A stretch of DNA of 64,000 nt from a virus. The DNA lies in IMG/VR virus record IMGVR_UViG_3300031841_003798, positions 11,590 through 75,589 of that record. One strand, given 5' to 3'. Below the pieces are notes generated by a model. The model was given only the letters and a program-made list of their open reading frames with translations. It made no database searches and was not told the origin of the DNA. Position numbers and translations under genes: made by a program. Positions 31,347 through 41,575 of this stretch are shown here, one piece after another. The stretch's first letter is position 1. Every line of letters begins with the position of its first letter.

Positions 31347-32360
31347 TCAAAGTGTGTAGTCTAATTCTTGATCTGTTTCCATATCATCTACCCATTGATC
31401 AGTAGAGAAATGGTGTTGCAGTCTATGCAACAAGTTTTCAGCTTCAACCCAACCTTTGCTCCACGTATCTTCTTGTACGTAAAACATGCCAGCACGGTTA
31501 TCTCCTTTGGTTTCTACTGCACAGATGATCGGCGTGAGTGCAGTGTAACCTTCAATGTTATTTTGCTCTAGCCAGCGATGTGCTGCTTCCGTGTAAAATG
31601 CCATCTGTCGAGCGTAGTGATACTTCTCGAATGACTCGTGAAACTGCCCGAGAGTTTTTGCTGTAGTCTTTAGATCAATAAGCTGAAACGTCTTGTGTTT
31701 ATGATTTAAAAATAGACGGTCAATCTTCGCCTTAAGAGGAAAGCTGTACTCTCGATCTCGCCAATGCACTTCTAACTCATTGTAGAATACACCATCGTCA
31801 TTGTCCATCTGTAAAAACATCAAGTCGTAGATGCGCTCGTTCTTATTCATTGATGCAAGGCATCGTTGCATAAGATCGTACTGATCCTGAGTAATGATAA
31901 ACTTCTCAGTACCTCGAATCATATCCCAGTACTCTGAGCCCTGGGACATAATCTTAGTGATACGTGTTTCTTCCTTCCAGTGTCGCCCATATCCTTGACG
32001 ATCACATGCTGCGATTACCGCATAAACATGATCCTCCAACGGGCCAACTTCAACTTTATCTCCTGTAACCGCAGCAGCAAGCTCAACACTGGTATGAATA
32101 TCAGAGTACATATCCTTAAGGATATCTCTGATCTTATCAGGCGTGTTACTCTTGTCGATTTCATACTCACATAAATGAGGTTCCAATACTGCCAAGTGGA
32201 GAAGGTTGCCAAATTCAAGGCTAGAGGTGCGTAAGCTAGGAGCAGTCTTGTCCCAGTGCGCTTTAAAAGTAGAAGGTGTACCACCCTCTGCAGGATTGAT
32301 GTGTTTCAGGGAGCTATTGCTAACCCCCTGAACATCATAGTACGGATCGTGTACTAACAT
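31347..32360 (-). CDS. PD-(D/E)XK exonuclease (RecE/ExoVIII, DUF3799-like)
   Basis: SNSSLK, FGNLLHLAVLEP, KAKIDRL, IDLKTT, YARQMAFY; start revised to ATG 32360 (TAATG overlap). Confidence 0.85.
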   Translation of the reverse strand: MLVHDPYYDVQGVSNSSLKHINPAEGGTPSTFKAHWDKTAPSLRTSSLEFGNLLHLAVLEPHLCEYEIDKSNTPDKIRDILKDMYSDIHTSVELAAAVTGDKVEVGPLEDHVYAVIAACDRQGYGRHWKEETRITKIMSQGSEYWDMIRGTEKFIITQDQYDLMQRCLASMNKNERIYDLMFLQMDNDDGVFYNELEVHWRDREYSFPLKAKIDRLFLNHKHKTFQLIDLKTTAKTLGQFHESFEKYHYARQMAFYTEAAHRWLEQNNIEGYTALTPIICAVETKGDNRAGMFYVQEDTWSKGWVEAENLLHRLQHHFSTDQWVDDMETDQELDYTL

Positions 32361-32995
32361 TATCTGTTGTGTTTCTTGTAGTTTCGATGATAGACACCAT
32401 TTAAGTTGTCTTCTCGAATGCGAGACCAATAGGTAAATTGATCGTCCTTATCGTCTTTGCCTTGCAGCTTAGCTTTAAGCAGTCGCCGGTTATGCAAGCG
32501 ATCGAATTCATCGTACTTAGATAAGTCTAATGCAAAGAATTCTTTGTAGGCCTCCCGGTCAAAAATACTGTCTAAGTATTGAGCACCTGGTACAGTATTG
32601 ACTAGCAGTGAAGGAATGTGTCCGCACTCATGAAGCAAGTTGATCAGACCAGCGCGCTCGGGACTATTCTTACGAAGCAGTGCATCTTTCATCTTCTTCA
32701 TATTGTGGACTACAGAAGAATGATCGCGACCATACATCTTACCAATGTCACTATAAGTGTAGCCACCCTTCATCCGTAAGTAGAAGTACATCATCGCTCG
32801 TGCCTCAACAAACATCATTCGACGATCAGGAGGGTTGCGCAATTCTTCTACTGTAATGCCGTACATCTCGGCAACCACATGTTGTGCAGCTTTATGTTGC
32901 ATGGCTTTGTTCTTTGGAGCCCAGCCTGGAATCAGTCGACAAGCAGCGAATGCTTGTTTTTCTGCAGGTAGGCCAGCGTATACGTATGGATTCAT
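32360..32995 (-). CDS. DnaA C-terminal (domain IV) HTH-containing protein
   Basis: V.EMYGIT.EEL....R....VEARAMMYFYLR..GYTYSDIGKMYGRDHSSVVH matches the DnaA_C signature; no AAA+ domain. Confidence 0.8.
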   Translation of the reverse strand: MNPYVYAGLPAEKQAFAACRLIPGWAPKNKAMQHKAAQHVVAEMYGITVEELRNPPDRRMMFVEARAMMYFYLRMKGGYTYSDIGKMYGRDHSSVVHNMKKMKDALLRKNSPERAGLINLLHECGHIPSLLVNTVPGAQYLDSIFDREAYKEFFALDLSKYDEFDRLHNRRLLKAKLQGKDDKDDQFTYWSRIREDNLNGVYHRNYKKHNR

Positions 32996-33001
32996 ATCTG
33001 T

Positions 33002-33039
33002 AAAATAAAAGGGGGAGGGATTTTTAGGCCCCTCCCCCT
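33002..33039 (-). terminator. Intrinsic terminator after rIIB
   Basis: Minus strand GGGGGAGGGG-loop-TCCCTCCCCC followed by TTTTATTTT. Confidence 0.8.
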
Positions 33040-33045
33040 ATCGGA

Positions 33046-34188
33046 TTAGACAGTAACCATCAGGCGTTCGGCAATAATCTGTCGGACACCATTAGTTACA
33101 CCTTCGTCCTCAGCAATGTGAGTGACTTCTTCGAGCATCTTTTCGAGCTCACGCTCTTCCCACGTTTTGTAGTCGATCTCGAAGTACGGGGTGCGGATCT
33201 CCTGACCATCAGTCAAGTCGAGCATGCCATAGGCATAGTACTCACAGACACGCATTTTCATGTAGCTGTAGTCACCAGGGACTGCAACGACATTCATAGG
33301 ATTCACCAAGCAAGCAATATAAGCTGCATTGCTACCACCGTAGTTTTGTACGTACTGCGGGGTACCAATGTGCAAACCACGGCTGCAAGCATGGTTAGGG
33401 TTGTTGTCACACTCGTTCCGAGGCATGCTAACAGTGCCGCCAAGACGGACGTTAGTAGTACCACTGAAGAAGTCAGTGAACTCCGGAGCTTCAACAAGAC
33501 CATTGTTCTGCTCTTCAAACATCTCCTGCAGATTGCCTAAGACATTCTCAGGAGCGATGAAGTTACCGTTGTCATCAGTGATAACATCGGTACGAACTGC
33601 TTTGAGGTCACCACCGTTAGGGTCTTTAACGGCAGTGTAATCAGCAGGGTTCTCCCCTTCTGCCTTAAGCATCAAGTACTCTTTAGGCACAAAGTTGGTG
33701 ACAGCACTGTAGGTATTGTTGGTTTGCTTACAAGCGCGGTAACCAATGAAATACCCATTGTCCGTAATCGGGAAGTCATAGTGATCCATGAACTTAAACA
33801 GATCCTTACGGACATGCTCGTCAGGGTTCAGGAGCAACAACTTCCAGAAGTTGATGAGAGGCGTAATGCTCTTACCCTCGTCAAGCCGGGTCTTCATACG
33901 ACCAAGCAGTTCGTCGGGGATAGCATGAGCCTCGTAGCCCTTAAGGAAGAACCTACCACTCTTACGAGTAAGCAGGTCATCCATAGACAGTTTAATGCCA
34001 GTATCAAGGTCTCCAATGAGGGACTGGACATTTACTTCCGTCGGGTTGACAGAAGTTGCTTTTGCACGCTCGAAGAATCCTGCTGCGTCTGCAGTATTGT
34101 CGAATTCTTTCTGGTACATCTGATCGTTAACGATCGTGTGAACCACGTTGTCGTGGCGTAAAACGTGAACGGTGGCGGAATTAGCCAT
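33046..34188 (-). CDS. rIIB: rIIB-like protein
   Basis: PITDNGYFIGY, CSRGLHIG, VNPMNVVAVP.DY...KMRVCEY; directly downstream of the rIIA-like gene. Confidence 0.85.
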   Translation of the reverse strand: MANSATVHVLRHDNVVHTIVNDQMYQKEFDNTADAAGFFERAKATSVNPTEVNVQSLIGDLDTGIKLSMDDLLTRKSGRFFLKGYEAHAIPDELLGRMKTRLDEGKSITPLINFWKLLLLNPDEHVRKDLFKFMDHYDFPITDNGYFIGYRACKQTNNTYSAVTNFVPKEYLMLKAEGENPADYTAVKDPNGGDLKAVRTDVITDDNGNFIAPENVLGNLQEMFEEQNNGLVEAPEFTDFFSGTTNVRLGGTVSMPRNECDNNPNHACSRGLHIGTPQYVQNYGGSNAAYIACLVNPMNVVAVPGDYSYMKMRVCEYYAYGMLDLTDGQEIRTPYFEIDYKTWEERELEKMLEEVTHIAEDEGVTNGVRQIIAERLMVTV

Positions 34189-36382
34189 GTTGCTGAGGGT
34201 TTAAAAGGTTATGTAAGTAATCTCTGGAGTCATCTGAATTGACAACGGTGTCAAGTGCTTGACCTAACACCCTGCCACATGTAGTTCTGTTCATAATCTT
34301 ACGTGCATTTCTGCATTGCGCCTTAATTTTCTTCTCACTAAATACCTGTCCATCAATAGTAACTTGATCGTCAGAGCACCAATCTCGGTATTTTAAGTCA
34401 TGAAAACAAACGAGTTTCTTACGTCCTTCTTCATGCATAACAAACCAATCGTGGTTACACGCTAACATCAACTTGTAAATAGCTCGATCTGTGTGCCGTT
34501 GAAATTCATTGGCACGCTTGATCTTAGCTGCAAGAATAGACTGTCGAGACCGACGATCATGTAGCTTCTGCAAGTGTTCTTCAGTCCAACAATGTGCACC
34601 TGCTTTTTGCAAGCGTTTAAAGTTGCCATCGGATACTATAAGAATGGTAACAGGTTGTACATACTCTGGCTCAAACGGAAACTGCTTAACAAACCGGTTC
34701 TGCATAACAACAACACCAGGTTTCTTGATGTCTTTTACAGCCCACTCCTCTCGGTGACGATTACCGGTAGGTTGGTGAACCTTAACAGGCATCACTTCTT
34801 TGAGCATTTCTGCAGTCCACTTGCCGGTACGACCTGCGCCCCTGCGAGCTTTCATAGCTTCTTTACGCGCTTCAAGCCATTCAGCAGGAGGTTGAATATC
34901 CTTGTACCTAACGCAGTGGTCAGTAACCCATTGCATAACGCTCTCAAGCACAAAGTCTGTAGCTTGCGCCACCATCTTCTGTTGATCATCAGTAGTATGT
35001 AAGTTTAGATCGCGGCGCCATACCTCTCGAATGAAAAAGCTAGGGTCGCGAGTGATACTTAGTACTGCTGCCTGTTCAGATGACTGATGCACTTCTGTAT
35101 AGTATTCTTTCCAAACACCGGACAGTTGTGTATCAGAACTCTTGACTACAACAGTGTAGTTCTCGTAGCCATCACCTAAGACCAAGTCACGAATCATACT
35201 AATAACATTAGGTGACCGCCATTTGCCGGTATTGGTATGATACCGAGCAGAAACAGTGCACATCTGGTTCATTAGCATATTAAACCGGTCAAGCGATAAT
35301 GCTTTAGGCCATCCTTCCGCAACAGTCTTAACAGAAAAGTGCCGCTGCATAGCGCTATGACTACGTCCAAGTTTAACGGAGTGATTAGTGCCTGGGTAGA
35401 CAACTACGCGACCTCCAAGCTTACAGATTTGGCGCAAGTCTTTGGTGGGACTAGCTTGATCTGTACACCACTGTTCAGCCATGGCCGTAACATCGCAGTG
35501 CCTGTTGCGAATCAACACTTTAGCATCGTCATTCAATTCGATACCTTCGCGAGACAAAGTTGGACTCAGCTCGCCAATATTGAATTTCAAAACATAATTA
35601 CGATATTCACCGTAGTCTTCTCCTGGAATCTTGTATAGTACATCACCCAGTGAGATCATAGTACCATCGTGCTCAAGTAAACGGTTATCGTCTTCCTCGA
35701 TCAGCAGGATATTACCCAAATCAAGTACCTTAGGAATCTCGAACTCATGTTTAGCAGGTATATTAAACACGATACGATCAGCAAGAAGAATGAGCTGCTC
35801 CTTACAAGCTTGAACAAATCTTCGTTCGTCCTCCGCAGTGTTGATCGGAATCTTAATGATGGTACCACTCTCTGCGTATTCACAGTTCCGCTCGGAAACA
35901 AGCGTGCACGTGCGTTCTGCAGAGCTCTTCTCCATGAGGTAACTACGACGGATCCCGTCGACGAAAGTAATTACTTCAAATACAGGAGTATAAGCAAAGG
36001 GACTCTTAGCGCCGATGCCGAAACCACCGATCTGCTCGTTGGTGTCCCGTTTGGTAGAGGCGAAGTACTGCGTGAAAATGTTCTCAATGCGTTCTGGAGA
36101 TATGCCTGGACCCGAGTCCTGCACCGTCAGATAGCCTACTTGGTCGCTCATCGTCGGTTTTTCTTCGATGGTTACTACGACTTTGTTAGTGGAACTAGAT
36201 TCTTTATTCGCGTCTATAGCATTAGATACGACCTCTCGAACGATCGAGCCGTATTTATCCTGGTATACAGAGTTTGACATCAACTCTGCAAGATGTTGGG
36301 CCGCGTCTGCAGCGAACCCCATGGTCATTTTCTTGCCTTGGACAGTTGACTCGTACTGTCTATTGCTGTGTTTTAGTTTCAT
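34181..36382 (-). CDS. rIIA: rIIA-like protein (N-terminal Hsp90-type HATPase)
   Basis: VREVVSNAIDA, VQDSGPGIS, YFASTKRDTN.QIGGFGIGAKSPFAYT; F.IGEL.PTLSREGI. Confidence 0.85.
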   Translation of the reverse strand: MKLKHSNRQYESTVQGKKMTMGFAADAAQHLAELMSNSVYQDKYGSIVREVVSNAIDANKESSSTNKVVVTIEEKPTMSDQVGYLTVQDSGPGISPERIENIFTQYFASTKRDTNEQIGGFGIGAKSPFAYTPVFEVITFVDGIRRSYLMEKSSAERTCTLVSERNCEYAESGTIIKIPINTAEDERRFVQACKEQLILLADRIVFNIPAKHEFEIPKVLDLGNILLIEEDDNRLLEHDGTMISLGDVLYKIPGEDYGEYRNYVLKFNIGELSPTLSREGIELNDDAKVLIRNRHCDVTAMAEQWCTDQASPTKDLRQICKLGGRVVVYPGTNHSVKLGRSHSAMQRHFSVKTVAEGWPKALSLDRFNMLMNQMCTVSARYHTNTGKWRSPNVISMIRDLVLGDGYENYTVVVKSSDTQLSGVWKEYYTEVHQSSEQAAVLSITRDPSFFIREVWRRDLNLHTTDDQQKMVAQATDFVLESVMQWVTDHCVRYKDIQPPAEWLEARKEAMKARRGAGRTGKWTAEMLKEVMPVKVHQPTGNRHREEWAVKDIKKPGVVVMQNRFVKQFPFEPEYVQPVTILIVSDGNFKRLQKAGAHCWTEEHLQKLHDRRSRQSILAAKIKRANEFQRHTDRAIYKLMLACNHDWFVMHEEGRKKLVCFHDLKYRDWCSDDQVTIDGQVFSEKKIKAQCRNARKIMNRTTCGRVLGQALDTVVNSDDSRDYLHNLLNPQQHG

Positions 36383-36747
36383 AATTCATATTGTAATTGT
36401 GGATCTGGAATCTCTGTGTTCATATACTCTGCTGCCCACTGTCGAATGTTCTCGATGTAGGTGCTGAATCTCTCTTTGGTCATCTCTGTAGTAGACATAA
36501 TCTTCATGCCCAATACGACACCGTCTGACTGGATAGAGTCGGTCAGTGCAAAGTTGGCTTTGAGCCAGTTGTGCGTGTCGGTATAGGTAAGCGGGGCTGG
36601 GAGGGCACCGTCGATGATAGTGCTACGGTCCCACCCATGGTCAGTCAAAGTTGAGCAGACGATTGGAACTACGATCTTCCAATAGAATCTGTTCTGGGCT
36701 GAAGTGCGCTTTGTAGCTGGGGTGAGTTCGGAGTTCTTCTCGGTCAT
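36379..36747 (-). CDS. NinB-like protein
   Basis: KRTSAQNRFYW...STTEMTKERFSTYIENIRQWAAEY...IPDP; start revised to MTEKN (36747). Confidence 0.6.
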   Translation of the reverse strand: MTEKNSELTPATKRTSAQNRFYWKIVVPIVCSTLTDHGWDRSTIIDGALPAPLTYTDTHNWLKANFALTDSIQSDGVVLGMKIMSTTEMTKERFSTYIENIRQWAAEYMNTEIPDPQLQYEL

Positions 36748-37288
36748 CTTTTGTAATTCTATAAACGAGTTTGCGGTCCTCCAACCTCTCCACTGGGTGG
36801 TAGGAAAAGGCTGGAGCTTTAGTGATGTAGAAAATGTTGTCATCAGGTATGATATGCTGCGACACCAATGCGTCTTGGAAGCATTTGTGGTAGATCCACT
36901 GATTGTCCAAGTCCCAGTTCATGGCGCCGGGTATTGTGTATAACTCTGCTTCAATAGCTATAGGAAAATCGCATAATGGGTTACATTTGCGGAGAGCGTG
37001 TTCAAAGTGCTCTTTTAGCACAGACACGATCTTACTCCTCAGGTGAGGAGGCATATTACCACTATACAATTCCTGGCCGTTAATCTTCTTGATTCTCGGC
37101 TTGTTGATCGATGCGGGGTTAGCGATAAGCGGCTTACCGTCTGCACCGAGTAACCTATTCTTACTGTCGTAGTTCTTGAACTTCTGGTACTTCTTAGGGA
37201 TCTTACCACCCTTAGTGTAGTACTTAGCTCTACGACCTTTTGTGAGTTGGACGTGCGTTAAGTAATTAGGAATCTCGATTTCAACCAT
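36641..37288 (-). CDS. RusA-like Holliday junction resolvase
   Basis: WDLDN....KCFQDAL.....IPDDN acidic RusA pattern; start revised to MVEIEIP (37288). Confidence 0.65.
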   Translation of the reverse strand: MVEIEIPNYLTHVQLTKGRRAKYYTKGGKIPKKYQKFKNYDSKNRLLGADGKPLIANPASINKPRIKKINGQELYSGNMPPHLRSKIVSVLKEHFEHALRKCNPLCDFPIAIEAELYTIPGAMNWDLDNQWIYHKCFQDALVSQHIIPDDNIFYITKAPAFSYHPVERLEDRKLVYRITKDDREELRTHPSYKAHFSPEQILLEDRSSNRLLNFD

Positions 37289-38252
37289 TACGTAGTTTGT
37301 TGATCCATTGCTCGCAGTGATATGGCGAGGCGGCATAGAGGTCGGATAAATCCTTGGCTCCTTCTACGAAGGCATACTTCCATCCATACTGCTTGCGCCA
37401 CTTGTTTGCGAATCGTACTCCGGTATAGTCGTAGTCGTAAACAATAACAATACGCTTGAACCGGTTCTTCCAATCTAGGACATCCTCGTCATTAAACCTG
37501 AAGCTCTCGCTCTGTGGTGCAATAGCGGGGATACCATAGTCATGGAACAGCATTACGTCTTTCATACTCTTAGTCACCACGAGTAAGTCACCTGACTCGG
37601 GTAGCTGGTCTAGTCCTTGTATGGCATCTGTATTCTGGATGAATCGGTTGCCGGTGGAGAGAGGAAAGTAGAGTTTGAATCGGTTGTCACCGAAGCAGTA
37701 AGCAAAGCCTGGCTCGCTGGCCTTGTGTCGATAGACAGTCACGCCGTTGACTCGAGCTTGTTCTAGCTGTACCACTCGGTACTTGCGTAGCGTAGGCATA
37801 TCTACGCCGACTTTGTCCCAGAAACGCATACCCTCAAACCACATACACCATTTACCGTTATCAGTAACCGGCACAATCTCAATCTCAGCATTACCTGTCT
37901 TAGACAAGAATCGTTCTGTATTGAGATGCGAGTAGTCCTTAGGAATAAACGTACCGCCGTTAAGATTAAAGTCTTGGATCACCTGGCGTAGCGTACCACG
38001 AAAGTCTAGGTTCAACACCATAGCGGCGACATCAAAGCAATCTAGACTTTCGGCTTTGCTAAAATCACGGAAGTATAGCTTGCCGCCCTTACTGTAGAAA
38101 AAGGCACACGAAGGATTGTTGTCTTCGCGTAAGGGGGATCTAAACTTTTCTTTGCACTGCACGGGTACGTTGAGATAGTACTCCATGATCTGCTCCTGCG
38201 GGATACGTTCTAGTACATAGTCCCTGTTCTGCTGAGGTCTGATTTCATACAT
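37281..38252 (-). CDS. dnaG: DNA primase (DnaG-type, crAss-like)
   Basis: SPLREDNNPSC..F.RDFS Zn-finger region; TOPRIM VVTKSMKDVM, APQSE, YDYD..G, KDLSD. Confidence 0.85.
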   Translation of the reverse strand: MYEIRPQQNRDYVLERIPQEQIMEYYLNVPVQCKEKFRSPLREDNNPSCAFFYSKGGKLYFRDFSKAESLDCFDVAAMVLNLDFRGTLRQVIQDFNLNGGTFIPKDYSHLNTERFLSKTGNAEIEIVPVTDNGKWCMWFEGMRFWDKVGVDMPTLRKYRVVQLEQARVNGVTVYRHKASEPGFAYCFGDNRFKLYFPLSTGNRFIQNTDAIQGLDQLPESGDLLVVTKSMKDVMLFHDYGIPAIAPQSESFRFNDEDVLDWKNRFKRIVIVYDYDYTGVRFANKWRKQYGWKYAFVEGAKDLSDLYAASPYHCEQWINKLRNG

Positions 38253-38653
38253 TATGCAATCTGTGCTTTTACCATTGCCTCTTCTGGAGACATCTCTGCT
38301 AAGTAACGACGGAATGCCTTTGGGTCAATAAGCATCATGTCTACCTTCTTTAGCTTGTCGTCAGCTACTGTCTGATTGTGCAACTGCTGCATGTCAAGCT
38401 GAGCCATAATGCTTTCATAGGCGAGCCGTGTATCACCATTGTACTCACGCTTAATGTGATGCCAACGGTTGGCTAATGATTTAGCACTGCGCTCTACACC
38501 AAACTTCTTGGTTAATAGTTCTGCAATCTCGACAACCTTCGGGTTGAGATCAGACAAGAACCAACCTGCCGTATTACGTGAGAATGCTTCTTTCTTCTTG
38601 CACTCCTCTAGAAAGAATGCGTCTTGTTCTAAAGTAAATTTTTTGTATCCCAT
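38252..38653 (-). CDS. Hypothetical protein with Myb/SANT-like HTH pattern
   Basis: FTLEQD.F...IAELL....ERSAKSLANRW; start revised to MGYKKF because the longer start lies inside a terminator. Confidence 0.5.
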   Translation of the reverse strand: MGYKKFTLEQDAFFLEECKKKEAFSRNTAGWFLSDLNPKVVEIAELLTKKFGVERSAKSLANRWHHIKREYNGDTRLAYESIMAQLDMQQLHNQTVADDKLKKVDMMLIDPKAFRRYLAEMSPEEAMVKAQIA

Positions 38654-38665
38654 AATATTTGAGTT

Positions 38666-38696
38666 AAAAGTAAAGGGGGCCCCGAAGGACCCCCTC
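38666..38696 (-). terminator. Intrinsic terminator with cUUCGg tetraloop
   Basis: Minus strand AGGGGGTCC-TTCG-GGGCCCCCT followed by TTACTTTT. Confidence 0.8.
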
Positions 38697-38746
38697 ACCT
38701 AAGGTTTCACGTTAGCGAAACTCCGATACACTTTTGGTGTAACGAA

Positions 38747-39388
38747 TCAGAAGACGAGCCCTTCATCCTCTTCCCGTGTGGGTGCGAGGGGTTCAGGTTC
38801 AGCAGGTGTAGGTGCGTCAAACATATTGTCTAAGTCGGATGCACCTGCAGCAGCTTTAGGTTCAATACGATCGTACTTCGGGTGAAACGTAATCGTATTG
38901 GGTGTGCTCATCGGCTGGATGAAATCATTGATTGCCCGCTTAGGGAATCGAGTGTAGTCCTTGTTGTTCAAGATCAGCTTGATACGCACGGGCACATCCT
39001 TGTACTTGTCACCCATGTTATCAATCACTGCTTGAGCAAACTCTGCCCACGTGCTACCCTTGACTTGGATATCACGAAGCGGCATGTAGCAACTCATGAT
39101 GTGCTTGATGCGCTCGGTAGTATCGCGCATAGTAGCTTCAAGCAACTCACGGTAGTCTTGACCCCAAGCCTGAGCGTTTTGCTTTACTCGATCAGGTTCA
39201 ATCTCCCATTCGTTGTGTGTGAACTGGCGTCCACCTTCGTCTACAAATTCAAACTTCAGCACGTGGCTGCCCGTGCCGTCAGCTTTGAACGGCTCGTATG
39301 CAACGCGAGTAAGTTGAACATTCTCGTTTGTGCCCGCAGGCATCGGGTTGTACCCCCGCTTCAGGGGTGTATTGTCAATTTCAAACAT
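38747..39388 (-). CDS. Putative single-stranded DNA-binding protein
   Basis: Lies between the AAA ATPase and primase; beta-rich N-terminus; acidic tail ending in an aromatic residue (EEDEGLVF). Confidence 0.55.
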   Translation of the reverse strand: MFEIDNTPLKRGYNPMPAGTNENVQLTRVAYEPFKADGTGSHVLKFEFVDEGGRQFTHNEWEIEPDRVKQNAQAWGQDYRELLEATMRDTTERIKHIMSCYMPLRDIQVKGSTWAEFAQAVIDNMGDKYKDVPVRIKLILNNKDYTRFPKRAINDFIQPMSTPNTITFHPKYDRIEPKAAAGASDLDNMFDAPTPAEPEPLAPTREEDEGLVF

Positions 39389-39390
39389 GT

Positions 39391-40062
39391 TTAATCAATA
39401 AAGATATTGTTCCATTTAAAGTCTAGGATCTGATCTGCAAGGTGAGGACAGCGACTGCCGGTCTGACTATTGTCGCTACCTGACTTAAAAGAAATCTTTA
39501 GATCGCCACCTTCTCGGAATACAAATCCGATCGCGTCGGCAGCGCTCATCAACTCGTTCTTCAGTTTGCCTGTAAGGTTTAACTCGTTCATGTCGATTAC
39601 CTTGTTGTGGTCTTCGTCAACCACTGTACTTCTCTTAGTGTGTCCCACAACGATGATACCTTTCTCTGCAAACTCTTGCAGTTTCAGGATGGCTTTAACA
39701 ACGGCTTCGCGTACAAGTGCAAAGCCCTTACCGTATTCCATATCACCAATTGTAGCCACACCGTTTTGCTTGCATACATATTGTTCAATCCAGCTAGCCA
39801 GATTGTCGACTGTATCTAACGCTATATACTCGTAACGGTTTTCACTTTTAGCCAAGGTCTGACTCAGCGCTGTGTACTCCGTTAGACTATTTACATGCAC
39901 CTTCATGGCGTCGACGTATGCCGTACCATTCTCGGTGTCAATAATCAGGCAGTTGTCAAGCTCTGCAATCGTGCTTGTCTTCCCTGCCTTCGGTGCTCCA
40001 TAAATTAAGAGATACCCGGGGTCTTTCTTCGTTGCCGGGGTTTTGCTAGTAGGTAGTTCCAT
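39391..40062 (-). CDS. AAA_24 / Sak4-like ATPase
   Basis: LIYGAPKAGKTS Walker A, IIDTENG, IALDTVD, YGKGF, ADAIGF. Confidence 0.85.
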   Translation of the reverse strand: MELPTSKTPATKKDPGYLLIYGAPKAGKTSTIAELDNCLIIDTENGTAYVDAMKVHVNSLTEYTALSQTLAKSENRYEYIALDTVDNLASWIEQYVCKQNGVATIGDMEYGKGFALVREAVVKAILKLQEFAEKGIIVVGHTKRSTVVDEDHNKVIDMNELNLTGKLKNELMSAADAIGFVFREGGDLKISFKSGSDNSQTGSRCPHLADQILDFKWNNIFID

Positions 40063-41025
40063 TTAAGTATTGATTCTGTTGTCTTGCCATTCTAAGATTC
40101 TACCCTCATCAAGATGAGAGATAAGCCGCACATAACCCTGGGTTCCGTGTCGGTTCTTAAGTATGTGTAAAGCTACCAAATTCCTGCCGTTCTCAGTGAT
40201 GGTAGGGACGTGGTGTTTTCCATATACTTCCAACCCTAGCAATGCAGGTTGGTGGACAACCAAGCATACATCGGTAGCATGGTACAGTTGCTTTGAACCG
40301 TGTATGTCGGTCTTGGTTGGAAAGTGCAGAGAGGCTGCACCAGGATCACGACGAATAGAACTTTCGATCTTGTCGTTCAACTGGCACAATAAAATGTTCA
40401 TCGTGTTGAACTCCTTACGGATTTGGATAAACATCTTGCCTAACTCTGCTAATGTTTGTACTTCATTCTCTCCGGGGAGAGGCTGAACAAGTAGGACGTG
40501 GTCCAGGGTGACTACCAGGTTGTCATCTGGAAACCGTGCCTTCATCTTCTTGATCGTATTGTAAATATCGATTCGAGTACCGGGGGTCTCGCAGAAGTAG
40601 ATAGGCTCAGTCTTGACCTTGTCTAAGTGTTGTTTGATTTGAGAGTACTGCTGAGGATCTAATGGTTTATCTGCACTAAGTAAATCTCTATACCCAATCC
40701 GTGTAGATGAGCTAAGTCTACGTAGGATTTCTACGCTTGCGCTCATCTCAAAACAGAAGTGTAACACCTTACAGGGGTGCTGTTGGGTGCGTGGGTTAAT
40801 GAAGTCTTGTAGCAAGTTGTTGAGCATATAGCTCTTGCCGTGACCTGACGCGCCGCAAAGCATATAGGTCTGGCCGAACTCGAATCCGCCAAGTAAGTAG
40901 CGGTTTAGCAAATCCCATTGCGTCTTAAGCATAACACGACTACCCGTCATAGACGAATAGATCTGTTGGTCTGCCTCACTGATCGAGGCTGCCATCTGAC
41001 GAATAGGAAGGCTATCTGAGCTCAC
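40063..41025 (-). CDS. dnaB: DnaB-like replicative helicase
   Basis: GASGHGKS, FCFEMS, VTLDHVLL, LCQLN, DIHGS, LKNRHG. Confidence 0.9.
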   Translation of the reverse strand: MSSDSLPIRQMAASISEADQQIYSSMTGSRVMLKTQWDLLNRYLLGGFEFGQTYMLCGASGHGKSYMLNNLLQDFINPRTQQHPCKVLHFCFEMSASVEILRRLSSSTRIGYRDLLSADKPLDPQQYSQIKQHLDKVKTEPIYFCETPGTRIDIYNTIKKMKARFPDDNLVVTLDHVLLVQPLPGENEVQTLAELGKMFIQIRKEFNTMNILLCQLNDKIESSIRRDPGAASLHFPTKTDIHGSKQLYHATDVCLVVHQPALLGLEVYGKHHVPTITENGRNLVALHILKNRHGTQGYVRLISHLDEGRILEWQDNRINT

Positions 41026-41575
41026 GGTCTGCTGGTAAATCTATCACACTACTAGTACTTCTCATCTCTGCAAGCGCCTCCCATTGGCGAGAGTTGAACC
41101 ACTTTTCAATACCCATAGATATCTTGCGGTTCTTGACAGCCCATGTAAGCTGCTCCATTACCTCGGGGTGCATCCCGCGCTTAACTACTTTAAGATAGTA
41201 GAGCTTTTCTAACTCATCTAAGTCGCAGTTGCGTGCAGGAACTTGCTTGCCTTGAATGTATAGCCACTTAGGAAACGCGGCTACAAACTCTTCTGCGCAA
41301 GCCCAAGAGCACTTCATAGCAAACATCTCCCGACACTTCTCTGTAAGTTCGAACTGATCTAGCTTATAAGCGCCAGCATCATTCCAGTTATACAGATAAC
41401 CGCGGTCTATTATGTCGTGAAGTTCTTCTTTGGGCAGCACGTTATCGCTAATATCCTTTATCATGTATATCAGCTTGTACTTCTTTTCGTACAGTATTGC
41501 CAGAAAAGCATACTGTGATGGAGTGAGCTTCGCTTTGTGTAGAAACTCAATCCAACGTTCTAGGTCTATAGTCAT
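41012..41575 (-). CDS. Hypothetical replication-module protein (possible wHTH / helicase loader)
   Basis: Coupled between the SF2 helicase and DnaB; EEFVAAFP and IEKWFNSRQWE motifs. Confidence 0.5.
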   Translation of the reverse strand: MTIDLERWIEFLHKAKLTPSQYAFLAILYEKKYKLIYMIKDISDNVLPKEELHDIIDRGYLYNWNDAGAYKLDQFELTEKCREMFAMKCSWACAEEFVAAFPKWLYIQGKQVPARNCDLDELEKLYYLKVVKRGMHPEVMEQLTWAVKNRKISMGIEKWFNSRQWEALAEMRSTSSVIDLPADRELR

